A stretch of 64,000 bases of DNA, from NCBI RefSeq assembly GCF_009914755.1, contig NC_060941.1. One strand, 5' to 3'. The DNA is from the human T2T-CHM13v2.0 reference genome, Homo sapiens. The stretch's first letter is position 1; each line of letters starts with the position of its first letter. The notes beneath the pieces were generated by a model. The model made no database searches and was not told the DNA's origin. It saw only the letters and a program-made list of their open reading frames with translations. Of this stretch, positions 62,959 through 64,000 are shown piece after piece. Position numbers and translations under genes: made by a program.

Positions 62959-64000
62959 TTAGAGTAAAATTTTGGTTTCTGTTTTAAGCAAATTCACTGA
63001 AAGTAGCCAGTTATCCTTGTTAAAAAGGCTTTCAGTGTTTCCCTATTTTAGGGGTCTTGCTGTCTGCCCAGGCTGGAGTGCAGTGGCACAATCATACCTC
63101 GCTGCAATCTTGACATCTGGGGCTCAAACCAACCTCCCACCTCAGCTCCTGAGTAGCTGGGACTACAGGGGCACACAACCATGCCTGGCTTTTTTTATTT
63201 TTTAATTTTTTGAAAGAAAGGGTATTTCTATATTGCCCAGGCTGGCCTTGACTCAAGCAATCCTCCCATCTCAGCTTCCCGAGTAGCTGAGACTACAGGC
63301 CCTTGCCACCACGCCTGGCTAATTTTATTTTTTGTAGAGACAAAAAAGTAAGACTCACGTTGTTGCCCAGGCTGGTCTCAAGCTCCTGGTCTCAGACAAT
63401 CCTCCTGTCTCGGCCTCCCGAAGTTCTCGGCGCGCAGGTATGAACCCCCACGCCCAGCCTTCCCTGCTTTATGGTCATTCACACCTGAGGCCTGAGTTGC
63501 CTTCAACAAGCCCCACGGGTTACCTGAGTGGCAGGTGTAACTTAAGGCTGAGGTTCTCTGCTTAGCCACAGGCAGAATCACCTGGGACGCTTTGAGAATT
63601 AAGGGCACTGGAGGGTCGGGGCCAAGCGTGGAGGCTTTCAAAGCACCTGTTTGGGTCCAAGTACACACAGGGTGGGGAATCTTTGCTCCATGGGTCCACG
63701 CTCCTCAGAAGTGACCCTTGCTGCTCTGGGTCTATTTCAGCAGAACCATCACCAACCAAACAAATGAGAAATCAGGGCGGATTGGACTCAGAGACAAATG
63801 CTTTCCGGTGAGCAGCCAGGCGCACAGCAGAACGATAGAGGAGCGCTCAGAACTCGGGAGTACCTGTCACCTCTGCCATGGTGGCTGGGCTCGCTCACGG
63901 TGACTGTTTCCCTAGCAGGAGAGACCCTGGCTGTGACCCTGCAGCCTGTGCCTCCTGCTGCTGCAGGGAGAGAGGGAGTGCCCGGCGCCTACCTGGGCTT

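Overview
Human (primate) genomic DNA, very Alu-rich, containing the 5' part of DNAH17 (sperm-flagellum outer-arm axonemal dynein heavy chain) on the minus strand plus about 14 kb of upstream sequence. I reconstructed 21 coding exons by hand (ATG at 47576 down to a donor at 1756). All have GT-AG boundaries and join into an uninterrupted 3507-nt, 1169-codon frame encoding the N-terminal tail; the gene continues beyond position 1. A probable non-coding exon 1 and CpG-poor promoter lie at about 49814-50020, with A-MYB and CCAAT motifs. The rest is interspersed repeat: about 40 Alus (including a nested human-specific AluYb8), L1, L2, MaLR/ERVL/ERV1 solo LTRs, DNA transposons, a tailless 7SL retrocopy and several tandem repeats. 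I see no new protein-coding gene or exotic system. The most interesting unexplained structures are a 22-bp array of CRE-derived octamers in intron 13, a G-quadruplex-prone 17-bp minisatellite in intron 17, a tandem donor at exon 14 that would create a stop codon, and repeated local templated or inverted insertions that resemble DNA-repair scars, several at the Alu A-rich linker. Repeat subfamily names come from recalled consensus sequences and were not checked with RepeatMasker.
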